DNA of 64,000 bases from Setoptus koraiensis (Eukaryota; Animalia; Arthropoda). Under the pieces are notes generated by a model, which did not search any database, was not told where the DNA came from, and saw nothing but the letters and a program-made list of their open reading frames with translations. The position numbers were made by a program, and so were the translations under genes. The DNA is taken from positions 9,176,001-9,240,000 of the forward strand of contig CM106586.1 in NCBI GenBank assembly GCA_048013815.1, in the 5' to 3' direction. This document shows positions 32,484 to 46,002 of the stretch, piece by piece (the stretch's first letter is position 1; the number at the start of each line of letters is the position of its first letter).

Positions 32484-35400
32484 GGTGACACACTCTGACA
32501 ACTTCACAATGTGAAGGGTGCCGAGAAAACCTTTGCACCAATCGTTTGATGTAATGACCCGGCGGGGATTTTATTGAGCACTCAGGTGAAATTGTTGCGC
32601 AATTGTTGCTAGAATTTTGTTTGATTGTTTTCGCCAGTGATTGAGTTCATCAGCTGTTAGATTCAGGTTGACACTTTGATTGATGATGCACCTTGTCGAT
32701 GGTGCACGTTGTCGATGCTGGACTTTGTCGATGATGCTACTTGTTGTCGACTTTAATTGGCTCGGCGTCGCGCTGACCAATGGCTCGCGATGGCTCGCGA
32801 TTGAATTAATTAACTGACTCGTTGTCTTGTTGCTCGCTTTGCACACTGTGTCCGACTGATTATTGTTATTACGTTGGTCCGACAGACTGTGATAAATGGT
32901 TGTGCCAGCTCGCAAATGTCTCCGTTGGCCGCTCAATTGTCAGAGACGAATAAAATGAGACGAAAAGAAAATCGGGCGACTTGTTGCAGCGTCTAAGTTG
33001 CTGTCGACTAACTGTCGATTCACTAATTGTTGCTTATTGCCTCCCATCTCGGCCGAGCCGCTGCAAATGAGACACTGTTAATGACATTCATTTTATCTCG
33101 GCCAAACAATTATTAGCCTCGCAACTTATCCGTCCATTATTATCTACATATGGCATGCGTGTGTCTCTGGCTGGCAATGGCGCAATTACAATTATTGTAT
33201 TACGTTATTAGCAGAGGGTGGCAAACAAAGTGACTCCGTTGTGTGTGTTGTGCAACTAGGTCAGTCTCATCTATTTTTAAGACTGTGCCATCGATGTATT
33301 ATTAGCGTCGGTGTTATCAGTACATGACACCGCTGAAACTGCTGCGACAATATGCGACAATATTGACCCTCATTCGCGCCGCTAAACGTCTCAGTGTTTT
33401 TCTAAACGCACCGTCTCAGCAACTGTCTCAGCGCTGTCAGATTGGCCAGCTGATTGTCAACTGTGTGTGTGTTGTGTCTTAACTAACTATTGTCATAATT
33501 TGATGGCATCGGTTGCATCAGCAGTGGCCAGCAGTTAAGCGTCAGGTGAGCGGGGCGGGGGGGCGGCGGCGAGTGTTAACTGTGCAAATTGTTGTGTTTG
33601 TAACTGTGTTGTTGTTTACGATACCAATTTGCAACTTGCTGCAATGGGCACAATCGGCACTGGCTGTCAGTGGCTGTCATTGGGCTGTCACCTGGCTGTC
33701 ATTTGGCCGCTCGAGTTGCGCCTGCTCGAGTTGCGCCCCCAAATACAACTGATGGCGCCAGCAACTGATGAATAGGCTGATTGGTGACTTATGCTGTGAC
33801 TAGATTAATTATATACACTGTATATACACTATTACACACTGTTATATAACATGCTGCTGCTGCTACTACGACTGCACTCCCATCTGACAGGCGCAGCATC
33901 TTGCGAGATAACTAACTAACTATTGTAACAACTAACTGTTTGCGGCGCCGTCGCGCCTCTCAAAACTTTTTCTCCTCGCTGGCGCCGATGCACCGTCGCA
34001 CCGTTGCACCGTTGCACCGACTGCACCGTTGCGCGGCAAGGTGGCGTTGTGACCCATTTGCGTCTTGTTTGTTTGTTGTCGCTGCCGTTGCTGCTGCCGT
34101 TGTCGTTGTTGTCGCTGGTGTCGTTGTTGTCGCTGTTGTCGTTGTTGTCGCTGTTGTCGTTGTTGCCGCTGTTGTCGCTGTTGGTGTCGCTGGCGCTGTC
34201 GCAGCCGATCAATTAAATACAATATCGCCAGCAGGTAATAACAATGCCGAAGGAGACACCCACACAAGCGTGTCTGGCGAACAAAACAAGCAAAAGTGAC
34301 TAGCCGCTGTGTGTCGCTACAAAAAGCTGCTGCATTACGCAACTGTCACAACAGGTAAATCCCTGTAAATCCAGAGATGGGGCTGTCGGTGCATTATTAT
34401 GTGTATAGGCCAGCGATATATGGATATGACATGATATCGGGAATAAACGATGCTCTTGCTTCTTTTGCAGCAGCAGCTTCACTCATCCGTGCACTGGCCG
34501 CCGTTGCGCACCACACCAACCATGGCCAACAATGGCCGCCAACTTGCCACCGTCTACTTGCCGGCTAACAAACATACTTAATTATCGATTACCTGGCGCA
34601 TAATATCTGGCGCTGCCAGACTGGCCCGATGCAATACGGCAAGGCACGGCACCGTTCATTACCTGGCGCGGGGCTCTCGCTACAGATACGCAACATAGAT
34701 AGGTAAGATGGATACGTAATATAGATGCGTAATGAGCCATATCGGGCCGACCGCCCGACTGGCCGGCCCGCCAGCGCACCATCGAAGTCAGCAGACTGAA
34801 GCTAAAAACTGAAACCTGAACCGTATGGCATGCAGTTTGGGTTGTATAGTGACTGGCTTGTTAACAAACGAACGCTGCCATTCGGCTGAAATATCGGACA
34901 CACGGGGCCGACGGCGCAACTCTTGAGCGGACTCTCGCCGATGCCACAACGGTCACAATGGCCGCAGCGGCTGCAGTGTCCGCACTGTTTTCCAATGGAC
35001 GACTCAGCAACGACAGCAACGACAACAGCGACAGCGACAACAGTGACTGTAACGACAACAGCAACTGTAACGACAACAACAACAAGTGAAATGGCGATCT
35101 GTTTGACATGGTCATTCTTGCGGCGATTGAAAGTTGCAATCACAATGCAAATTCGCTGCCATTTGCTGTGTGTCCAGTCGGGGTGACTGGCCTGCCGCTG
35201 GCCCGTCAGCTTACAACTTGTAAGCTACAAGACAGGTGACAGGTGAGCGCGACATCATTTGCATATTGCCGTGACATATCGAGATTTGTGACGGGGCGCC
35301 TAATGATGGTGCCGGCGCACTTGTTGGCGCTGTCGCAAATGATTCCAAATGATTGCGTCGGGCAAAAAGAGCCGTTCGCTTGCGAAAGAGACTCCTTTTT

Positions 35401-36304
35401 TTGGTTTGTTCACTTTCTTTCGAAGGTCACTTTCGGCTTTCGCACTTGTGCGCCTCATGCCTTTTCCAGTCGGCGGCCAGTCGATACTGCTCTGCCGAGC
35501 TGGCCGGCAGATTGGCCAGACTCCGAGGGGGCAGTTGCAACGTAAACCGATCCAGAGTCTGGACTCCAGACTAACGAGTGAGTCGGGCCGGCACGCAGAG
35601 ACGAGCCAAGCTGAGAATGACGATATCCAACGCTCGGCAATGTGGCGCAGGGGGCGCTCACACACTGTTGGAACACGAATTATCTAGGCACTATTACGTA
35701 ACAGAATGACGGTATTGTTGCAAACAAGCGACAGTGCAACAATTGTCGCATAGTTGCATTTGCATTCTCGCAATTGGCACTCACCGTTGAACAATGACAA
35801 ACAAAAGCGCATACAACAAAACAGTTTTGAGAAGCTCACTGGCACTGGCACTGGCGCTGGCACAACGCAAACAACCGGCAACAGGTGAATTTGGGCGCCA
35901 GCGGCAGCAATCACGACAGCAATTGGCACAATTGGCCCGCCAGCCAGACACAGCGCATCGGCTGGCAGCCGATTGGTCGCAAAACAACAGGCCGGACATG
36001 ACGAAATTGCCGCAATATGCCGGCGTGCAGTTGCGAGATGTGTTTGTTTCGAAGTATATTTGTCTCGAAGTTTGTTTGTCTCGAAGTTTGTTTGTCGCAA
36101 TTAGACGCCCGAAAACAACCGAAAGAACAAGCGCAGAATCAACTGCAGAAACAACCGCCAAAACAACCGCAGAAACGACCGCAGAAACAAAGGAACGGCA
36201 GCGACGCAAGATGTGGAGAGGCGATTTATGGATATATTATAATACATTAATACACACAGACATCCGATGGGACAGCCGGCAAATCGCGGCCGATCGCAAG
36301 CGGC

Positions 36305-39300
36305 TCACAAGTCGCCGCCAATGACAAACTGAAAAACAACAACGAGATACACATTGGCCAGCGCCAGCGATATCAGCGTGACCGGAGTGGCGAATTTCAG
36401 GAAGTACCCAAAGCCGATGGGGTAGCCGAAGCGCTCGGACGCGGCCGCCGTCACCAAATTGGCCGACGCTCCTATGAGCGTGCCGTTTCCGCCCAAGCAA
36501 GCGCCAAATATCAGCGCGAATATCATTGCGGTGAACGGGAGCGCGGCTTCCAGCGGTTCCGGTGGGCCAAACATGCCGGCGTGCGACGCTTGCATTGTGT
36601 GCAATGTCGATGCGAGGGGCGACTGCTGAGACGCCAGCTCCAACTGGCGCCGCTCGTTTATAATGGAGCTCAGTATCTTGACCATCATGGTGGTGAAGGG
36701 CACGTTGTCGATGAGGCCCGAGGCGATTCCCGACGCCCACAGCACGATCGTTATGGCGCCCAGCGAGCGCACGGTGCCGCCCGGTAACAGGTTGATGGCG
36801 AAAATTATCCTTTGGCCGATGTAGGCGATGAGGCCCAGCTCAGACACTATTTCCATCACTATGAACAGCGCGGCGAAGAACAGCAACGTCGACCACTCGA
36901 TTTTGCCCAGAATGGCGTCGAAGTAATTCTCGTCGGCGTGCTCCTCGCCGGCGGGCGACTGGCGCTTGTCAGCGGCCGGTTTGGCGGGACCCGACGACGA
37001 CATGAACGCCAGCAGCCCGAAGCCGCCGAACAGACTTATCCAGGCCAAGCTGTTCAGGTGAGACCAGGGAAACGATTCCAAAAAGAACAGCACTATTGTG
37101 ACCAGCAGCACCGCCAACGGAACTATCAGCACGTTCATGTTGTCGATGGCGTATTTGTCCTCCAGCTCGTTGACGGTCTTCTCGAATATGGCCCTCATGT
37201 TCAGATAATTCCTCACCCTCTTCTGGTTGTCGGCGGGCCCCATTTGGCCCTGCTCATTGTCCTGCTGCTGCTGTTGCTGCTTGCCTGCTGCTGCTGCTGC
37301 CTGGTGGTCACTTTGTGCACCAGTGGGCAGATAAAAGTTGGTATCCTGGCCAATGGCAACGTGACGGCAATCGATGGGATCCTCGTAATACAGCCGCTTG
37401 TTTAGGCACGTTCTCAGCTGCTTTATCTGGTTGTCGATGTGATCGCGAACTGTGGCGTGTTCCTTGGTGAGGCCCGCCAAATGGCCCTTCATCTTTGTCC
37501 AAACGTCGATCTCGTGCTCGATTTCTGTTCGTGTTCAGAGGGCGATAAAAACGCGACGGTAAATACGCGACGGTAAATACGCGACGATAAATATGCGACG
37601 AGGGTCAAACGATTAGCAAATATTCGGCAAATGATCATTGAAAAACGAGCCGTGGCGCGGCGCGCGAGGATGGGCCCCGACCGCAAACAAGCGGCCGGTG
37701 CAGATATAAAAGATGCAGATATAAAAGATGCAGATATGATAGGTGCAGATATGATAGGTGCAGATATGATAGGTGCAGATATGATAGGTGCAGATATGAT
37801 AGGTGCAGATATGATAGGTGCAGATATGATAGATGCAGCAAATCGCAGCGGATATTCCAGCGATGCGCCGATGATTTCGTCGGGCTTCGATGATTTCGTG
37901 GGGCATCGATTCGTTTCGCTAGTCGGTATGTTGTTTACCTTGGTGGCTCATTTGTTCTTCTGCTTCTAAACATTCAGAGGGCGCCATTGTTGCACGACAA
38001 GGGGACAGTTAGACAGATATCAGACAGATTGATTGGCCGGTTTAAAACGTGGACAGAGCGATTGAAAAGACATTTGCTCGGCCGACACTCAATTGATTGA
38101 TGGCAACATCGCGACAGGTAACACTACTCACCCACAACGGCCGCCGGCTTATTGTGCCGGAAACTGTCCATGTTGCTGTATTTGAACCGGATGTAGATGA
38201 ATTCGACCACCATTATGATGACCACTGCCGGTAGGCACACTTTCACGAAGCTCAGAAAATTGACGCCCTGCACAAGTTGCGCCCGCGCAAATGGGGTGCG
38301 CGCGCCGAGTGTAATATTTTCGGGTATTTTTGGATATTTTCGGATGTTTTCGGATATTTTCGGATATTTTCAGATATTTTCGGATATTGTCAGTCACGTT
38401 GTCAGGGGTGTTTTTAGAGAGGGGTGTTTTCGAGGGATTTTTGGTGAGAGAGGCCCCAGGCGGGGCATTTGTAGCGTACGCACCTGCTGTTGCATCGTTG
38501 GCTCGGATATGACTATTATGTTTGGCGGGTCGCCGACCGGCGTGGCCAGACCGCCAATGTTGCTCACAACGACCATTATCATCAATATGAGGCGCGGATC
38601 GAGCTGCTGCAGATCGCTGAGACGGATGACGATGGGCGCCATGAACAGCATCGTGGACACGTTGTCGATGAAGGCCGACAGTACGGCAGTTGTGACGTAC
38701 ATAGTGGCCAACAGCAACCAGAAGCGGCCCCTCGATTTCTTGTAGCACCAAATGGCCAGATAATTGAAAATGCCCGTTTCGCTCAGCACGGCCACCATTA
38801 TCATCATGCCAAACAACAGGCCGATGGTCTCAATGTTGACCCACGCCACCACATGCTCCAGCTCGGGCACCTGTTGCGCAACGTCCGGTGGGTGGGTGCA
38901 AGCCGGATATTTATATTATAATTAGTATACAATTGTGATGGAGTGTTTGGCGAGATCCGGCCCGACTCTCCTGTGTCGAAACTGGCTCGCGAGTGCCTCG
39001 CGGTACAAGAGGGCATAACTAGGGTCTATCTGGGGCACAACTAGGGTGTGACAGGGGTGTATTTAGGGCGCTATAAGGCTTACCTGTCGGAGGCACGAGT
39101 ACAGGGTGATGGCCACCAGGGCGCCCATTACTGCGGCCAGCGTCCGGTGACACAGCTCGAATATTATCAGCGTGTTCATGAAGACGACCACGGCCCCTGA
39201 CCAGGCCACCTCGTTGGCGTCGGGAAAATGTTTGTTGGCGAAGGTGGTGAGCGCAAAGCAGGCCATCACGAGCAGCCCAAAGAGGGCGCCCTTGAGATGA

Positions 39301-40556
39301 TATCGTTGACAAAATTGAGACAAATTCAGCCCCATGCTGGCTCGATAAATACGACCGTTTGGGCAAATTTGGTTGTTGTTGTTGGCGTTTAAATATTGTA
39401 AATCTACGACTGAGTCACCTAGGCGACTTATTTTAGATATGGATCCGTAGCTGGGCGGCCCGCGGCGTGTGGCAGGCGATTTGTTGTTGTTGTTGGTGGT
39501 GGCTTGCTGTTGTTGGTCGAGTTGCGATTCGTAGTTCCATCTCATGTCGCTAGAAGATATCAAATGAAACTCGTTGGACAATGTCATGCTCGAAAACAGT
39601 GTCTCCCTAGCGAAACTGTCACCACGCCGCGCTTTGTCATCCACTAATAATTGTAAGTTTCGTTGTTTATTTCCACCAAAATCCAGTGGCTCAGCTGCTA
39701 CCTTGGCTTGCATTTCCACTGGCGGCTTTGCACTGTCGTCGGCATTGGTGTCGCCAGCCAGCTGATTGGAGCTGCTAATTAATGTTTATTAATTGTCAGT
39801 GTCAGCGATTTGGCAATGTTTATTACATCGTAATGAATATTTTATTGTTCAATGACTCTGTTAATCTACTCTATTCTATTCTAATCTAGCGCACTCTAAT
39901 GTCCTGCACCCAAGTTAGGGCAAGAGTTACGTCAGAGGCCCTTACCTGATATTGCTCAATACCTGAGCTGTTGTCTCGTGACAAGCGACGCCATTTGCTG
40001 ACGTAGGGGCGCCAGGTTCGTTGACAGTTTGGGCGCATGTCACTAAGCTATTGAGTCGCTGCAACGTCCTCTCAATAACTGTTTCCGTTGTTGTCCCATA
40101 GGTGGACATGGCCGACGACGAACTGGACGATTGTATAAATAATTTGCACGCCGTGCCCTGCCTATTCGACTGTCCCGCTTGCGAATAATTGGGGCCAACC
40201 GGGTGATTGGGGCCGGCCGAGTGATCGGGGCCAGCCGAGTGATCGGGGCCTGCTGTGGCCGATAACTGGAGCCTCGGATCGGATGGAACTGCATCGACAG
40301 CTGACGAGGCCAATCCAATCGAGGGGCTTCGGTCTGCACTCGTTTCAGGCGGAGGCTCGCAGCTAGATTTAATTTGTTTATCGGCGCCAAGCTTGGCTGG
40401 CACATTCGCGGATAAATTGGGGCTGGCTGCTTGTTCTTGTTTGTGCTGTTTGCTTGAATTGGCCACTTGCTGTGCATTGGTGGTGACTCTCGATGTGTTT
40501 GTGGGCCCTCTGTGCCTCTGATTGGCGTGTGTTTGTTTGCGTTTCGTCGGACCCAT
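36305..40556 (-). CDS. OCA2: OCA2/P-protein (hoepel-like, ArsB/NhaD superfamily) transporter; join(complement 40556..39946, 39774..39084, 38870..38484, 38267..38132, 37524..36305), ~1,014 aa
   Basis: LIIFELCHRTLAA, ETIGLLFGMMIMV, SAFIDNVST, NIGGLATPVGDPPNII, EIEHEIDVW, IEWSTLLFFAALF, IDNVPFTTMM and GACLGGNGTLIGASAN. All four GT-AG junctions keep the frame. Confidence 0.93.
37700..37838. repeat. 15-bp tandem repeat (TGCAGATATGATAGG, ~9 copies) in OCA2 intron 4
   Basis: Read directly; it generates the spurious MIGAD/ICTYH repeat ORFs. Confidence 0.9.
38314..38388. repeat. 10-bp tandem repeat (ATATTTTCGG, ~7 copies) in OCA2 intron 3
   Basis: Read directly. Confidence 0.9.
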
Positions 40557-43500
40557 CGTTTGGTTTAGTTAGAAAGATTCAGTTTAAATATAATAATATT
40601 TCAAAATTTTCAAAGTGGCCCGAATGAACGAGCTAATGTCTGATATTGGCTATCATGCAAAGTTTATAGCTACCGTCGGACACTAGCGGCGGTCTGATCA
40701 GTGACCAATTGACCAACAAGTGATGATTGCCAACGAGAATGTCGTATAGAGGTGTCAATCGCACCTATTCATGGATTTGTTGTACGGACCGCCCTAGTTC
40801 AGTCAATATTTATAAATAAATTTGTGCATTCGCCAACAATTGTCCATCTGGTTGTGCAAGACATATTTTTATATCCCTGATGATGTTATGGATATTGTGT
40901 ATGTTTGTGACATCAAACGCAAATTATAACACAAAACAAGACAATTGTATCAGTGTCAGATCGTGCGCCATGAAGCGCTATTAGAGCCATCTTGCGTCTT
41001 GGCGACATCGGAGCTTGACAAGTCCAATAAATGAACTGCAATCAATCAAAAAATCAAGATGTAAACGCAAAATCACGTCAATTGTCGACTGCAGCGCGTG
41101 AAAAGATGCCGATGCGTCTGGATGAAGTTCGAGGAAAAACCGTTCGAGGTCGCTTTTGTGTATGCTGTGTGAGCGAGATGCAATGAGCTGTCGAAAAACA
41201 AATGAATACAAAAAAGAAAAAAAAAATAACAAACGTAACATTTATTGAAACACTTCAGGCCTTATAATGCATTTTTGGGCTGGCGAGAGCGCCCCTCGCT
41301 CTTCTTTCTTGAACTACGCTCGGCTCCAGTCATACAGACGCTATTTGATAGCGGCTATTGTGTGTTTTTGTCGACACACTCGAGCTTATCGTGTGATCTG
41401 ATTTTGTGCAAAACACGGCTTATCTTGTACTTAATCAGATAAATCTTGATTTATCTCTTGTTTATCTCACAAGTGAGATAAATTATCCGGCCGACGACTG
41501 GTTGCCGTGCGTTTATTTATGTTGGCATAATAATAGTATTCCTGCATGATGATGCCATGATGTAATGTGATGCATTAAAAGCAATATGAATAGTATAATG
41601 ATGAATAAAATGAGGCATTTAGACTGTAAATTTTAGAGTGGTCATAACGTATTATGGCGAGTATGAATATGCGTGCATATCCGTGTCGACTCGTCTTGAC
41701 TCATGCAGGAATAGAGCCGAAAGTTATTAAAAGTTGACCGGTCATCATAATGCGCGATCACACGCCGTCGAGCCGGACAATGGTAGCTCGTCGAGTGGCT
41801 CGCCAACGAATTGCTGCCAACAATTATCGGGCAACAAATGACGATGCAACTGCGATGGCGATGTCATTCACAGCATGCGAACGCAAACAAAGGAAACCGT
41901 CGTAATCAATTGGCACGAATGCACCAGAAGCAGAATAGAATGGCGTTTTTGTCGTAATGGGGCTCGTATAATATCAGCGTGGTCATTATTTTGATACCAG
42001 GCTGATATATTATTTTGATTGCGCTTGTTGTATTAGTGGCGATTGCGTCATAATAATGATAATGACATGAGCACATCCGCTGCGCTGAGCTGAGCACGAT
42101 GGCATCGATGGCTCGCCGTGGCCGGCTCAATCAATTCGGCTGGCATCATTTGGTTTGAATTGCTGTTGCATTGTGATTCACAATTTGTGAAGAATGGCGA
42201 TATTATCGTCATGGCAACTGGCCACTCGGCATGCACAATGGGCATGCCGAGTGGCAAGTGGCAAGCGCAAGTCGGATCAACGATTAAACAGGTGAATATT
42301 GTGCGACTGCGAGGATAAATGCTCGCAATGAATATCACTGAATGCAAGGGCATGAGCGAGATCTGAGTCACTCAGACTGAGTGAGTCGCATCGGCGAATA
42401 TCGCAAAAATCGGAGACTCGTTTCGGGATTACAATACACACGTATGTATGCATAATACTCAGGCTGCGGATATTATAGACGGATATTGCGGACGGATGTT
42501 GCTGACAGATGCTGCTGACGGATGTCGCAGACGCGCAGTGCGCACGGATATCGCCAGAGATAGGGCAGACGAAGGCAGAGCAACTAGGAACAGGAACAAT
42601 TCAATTGGTCGCTTGCGTCATCGTCGTTGCATGAATTATAATATAAATTGTTTATTTCTTACTTAGACCCAAATTGTGCGTTGTTGTCGTGAACAATAAT
42701 TGACTGATACACATATCATATATCGTAAATCGTATATGATATATGATATATGTAACATGTTGTATCTATATCATTTGTTGCGTCATACAAACAGTTGTCA
42801 ATGACAGGCGTGATATACATAAGTGTGCTCAGTGAGATAAGCCAATGCGAGAATAAGTGCAGTGAAATATGCGCCAGTGGTCACGAGATTGACTGGTCAG
42901 GTTGACTGGCCGTCGTTTGACAAGCGTTTCACTGGTCAGTGAGTGGCGGTGGATGGACGACAATCGACAACAAAGCAACAGGTCGCTGCTCGCAATTGTG
43001 TCGTGGTGGCATTCAATTTGTTTATCTCTCTCTCTCTCTCTCTCGACTGCACAACAAGTGGATGTCGCCGGAACGTAAACACTGACCGTTTGTGAGGCCA
43101 GTCGCTTTGTTGCGACTCACAAGTTGTGACTCAAAACTTGTGAGCGATTGTGTCAGACGTGACGGCAGACATCGGCGCTGTCGGCCGGCAACTAGAGCAG
43201 TGACGGCCAGTGATTAGCTCGGCTGACATTTAACCTTAGTGCTGCTGCGACATGATATCCGGCCAATGCGTCAATTGATTACATGATGCAGCACAAGCAA
43301 CAAACAAACAACAGCGACAACGGCAACAAACAGCAACAACAACAACAGCAACAAACAGCAACAACGACGACAACAAACAAACAAACAAACGGGCAAACAA
43401 CAACAAATGCGCATGCGATCTTGCCACATCGGTGCAATTCGAGCCAGCATAATGATAGACTGTCCAGCTCGACAGTTCGAGCTGGCCGCTGGCGAGATCG

Positions 43501-45900
43501 TGCGCGAGTGTTGCGTCACTCGCGAGCCGTCGGTTGGCATTGGGGTCATTGCTAGCACGACCGAGCAATTGTTTGTGTGGCGATGAGGAAGACACCGGTT
43601 GCGATCCATTTGTCCGTGTTCGTTGTTGTTGTTTGTTTATTGTTGGTTGTTGTTGTTTGTTGTTGTTTGTTGTTGTTGTTTGTTGTTGTTGTTTGTTGTT
43701 GTTGTTTGTTGCTGCGGGTCGCGGATTGCGCATGACTGCGAGCAGCGATAATGCAACGGCCATAATAACAGTTATGTAACAGTGTGGTCACTTGCGATGT
43801 AACAGTGTGCGTGTGATATCGCTGTCATATCAATTGGACATTAGATCTGACATTAGATTAAATCTGACAAGTCAAGTCTGACGCGCTTAGTCAGCGCTGT
43901 TTGCGCGTCATCAGACGCGATGACCAATGAAAGTGAGTCTGTTGATATTGCGCACACGAGACGCACATTCGGTCAATTTCAATCGAATTTCAATTGTGCA
44001 ACCATTGTGCAGTGACACTCCAACGGTTGGGCCTGAAATGATTGGAAATGGGATGGAAAGATCAAAAAACCGGCACAACCAAAGGAAATTTTCCCTTTTC
44101 CTTCGAAGTTCGAACGGCCAACCAAGTGAATTGTTGGCGCCACTTCCTAGAGCCACCACAGTGAATTGTCACAGGCAACCGACAATTATCCGTTATGTCG
44201 CTGTCGTGGTTTTTCTGCACATACATATCAGACAGAAATCACTTAGCATACAATCTTACTTACACACAATCCGACAAATCACAAACAATCCTCAGGTTGC
44301 AACAACTACATTACAATTATTATGCTAAATACCATCTCCATATACAAAGAGAGCTCTATATACAACTCTATGCAACCGGAGTGTTGGCAGCTTTTTTGGC
44401 GACGCCGCAAAGTTGTTGCTGGCATCGGCAATTGACTAAAGACACAAGTTACAACACACTGACATTTAGCTGACATTTTTTCTCAATTGCCCATCGTGCA
44501 CGATTGTCACCATTACCTGGCGGCTGACAACGTTGCCAGACAGAGACACGATCAGTGACAAGTTATCATTGGTAAGTATGGTGCGATATGCGACACTATG
44601 TGACTCATACGATATGAGCATGGCCGCCGACCCTGATATCTTGTTACATGTTATGCAAATCTGTCGCATGCAGATCAAGCGAACCGGTCACGTATCAACG
44701 TATCTCCCATTTGATATCCGATATCTCACATCGTATATCTCACATCGTATATCTCGCATCGTATATATTGTGTATTTGGTACATGTGGAATTATGCGATT
44801 GCGAGACAAGACAACGCTTTGCGACAAACGGTCGGGGCGCCCGCCAGAGGGCTCTTGCAGCGCTCACTGTCAACGAGGCAGCCGAACAGGCGTCGCCACA
44901 AACAGTGCGCCAGCCGAGAGTTGTGCCCAGTCCGCCGATCAACTCGCATGAACCGACTCGCCTTATCCGACTCGCATTATCCGACTCGCATTATCCGACT
45001 CGGGTGATCCGAGAAATTTGTTCGGCAATGACAGGCCGATTCATGAATCCATGATTCCATGATTCCGTGGCTCTGCGAATGGAGAGTCGCGAGTTGACCC
45101 ACAGCGACAAGGTGCGAATGGCCTCAGCTTTTTTGCGTCTCCGACGGAGACTCTCCATTCACCTGCCTCACAACTTGTCGGTACGTATTCACCGGCGGTT
45201 TGTGTGTATTCACGAGCGCCAGTGTAATTGACACTGGCAGTCGCGAAAAGTGCAAGCGACACTTACATTTACAACGATGCGACGGTGCGACGATGCGACG
45301 ATGCAGCGATGCAACGATGCAACGGAGGCGTGAATCGCGGCGTGCGATAAATGTCGCAAACGATGGGGTTCGTGTGAGTGTCGAACTTCGACAGTCGAAG
45401 CCACCAAGCGACACACAAACGGAGCTGCAAAGAACGGATAATGCGTCCGACGAGAGTTTTTTGTTCGCTGTTGTCGGCCGTGCGAGCCACACACACTGTC
45501 GCTGGCCCGGTTGCCTTGCACCGAACGACAAATCGAACGGAGCCAACGAATGCACGCCAACAAGTGCAAGGCTCATGATTCTTTTTATTCTTATCTTTAT
45601 CCGCTTCTTTGCTGTGCGTCTGCGTTGATTATTGCCCATATGCGCTTGTTGCAAGCGTCTTGTTGCTCGCAAGCCTTGCTCTTGCGCAACTCTTACGCAA
45701 CAAACTCGATGCCGGCTGGCTGGCTGCAACTGGATGACAGCAACAGTAACAATGTAATATCGCCACTGGCAACTTTGTCCGTTGGTTCCGCTCACTGTCT
45801 CTCCATTATCTCAAATCACTGTTAACCGGCAACAGTTGCCAGCTTTGAGCTTTTGAGTGGCTGCCTATCACCCCTGCTGCTACCTGTTGCCTCTTACCTC

Positions 45901-46002
45901 TTACCTGTCGCTTGGTACCTGTCGCCTGTTACCTGTCGCCTGTTACCTGTCGCCTGATACCTGTCGCCTGATACCTGTCGCCTGATACCTGTTGCCTGTT
46001 AC
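45901..46002. repeat. 14-bp tandem repeat (ACCTGTCGCCTGWT, ~7 copies)
   Basis: Read directly. Confidence 0.9.

Noticed and set aside
42118-42318. FVKNGDIIVMATG resembling the pyruvate kinase C-terminus
   Set aside because: Short match, no other PK sequence nearby, and it overlaps a perfect DNA hairpin.
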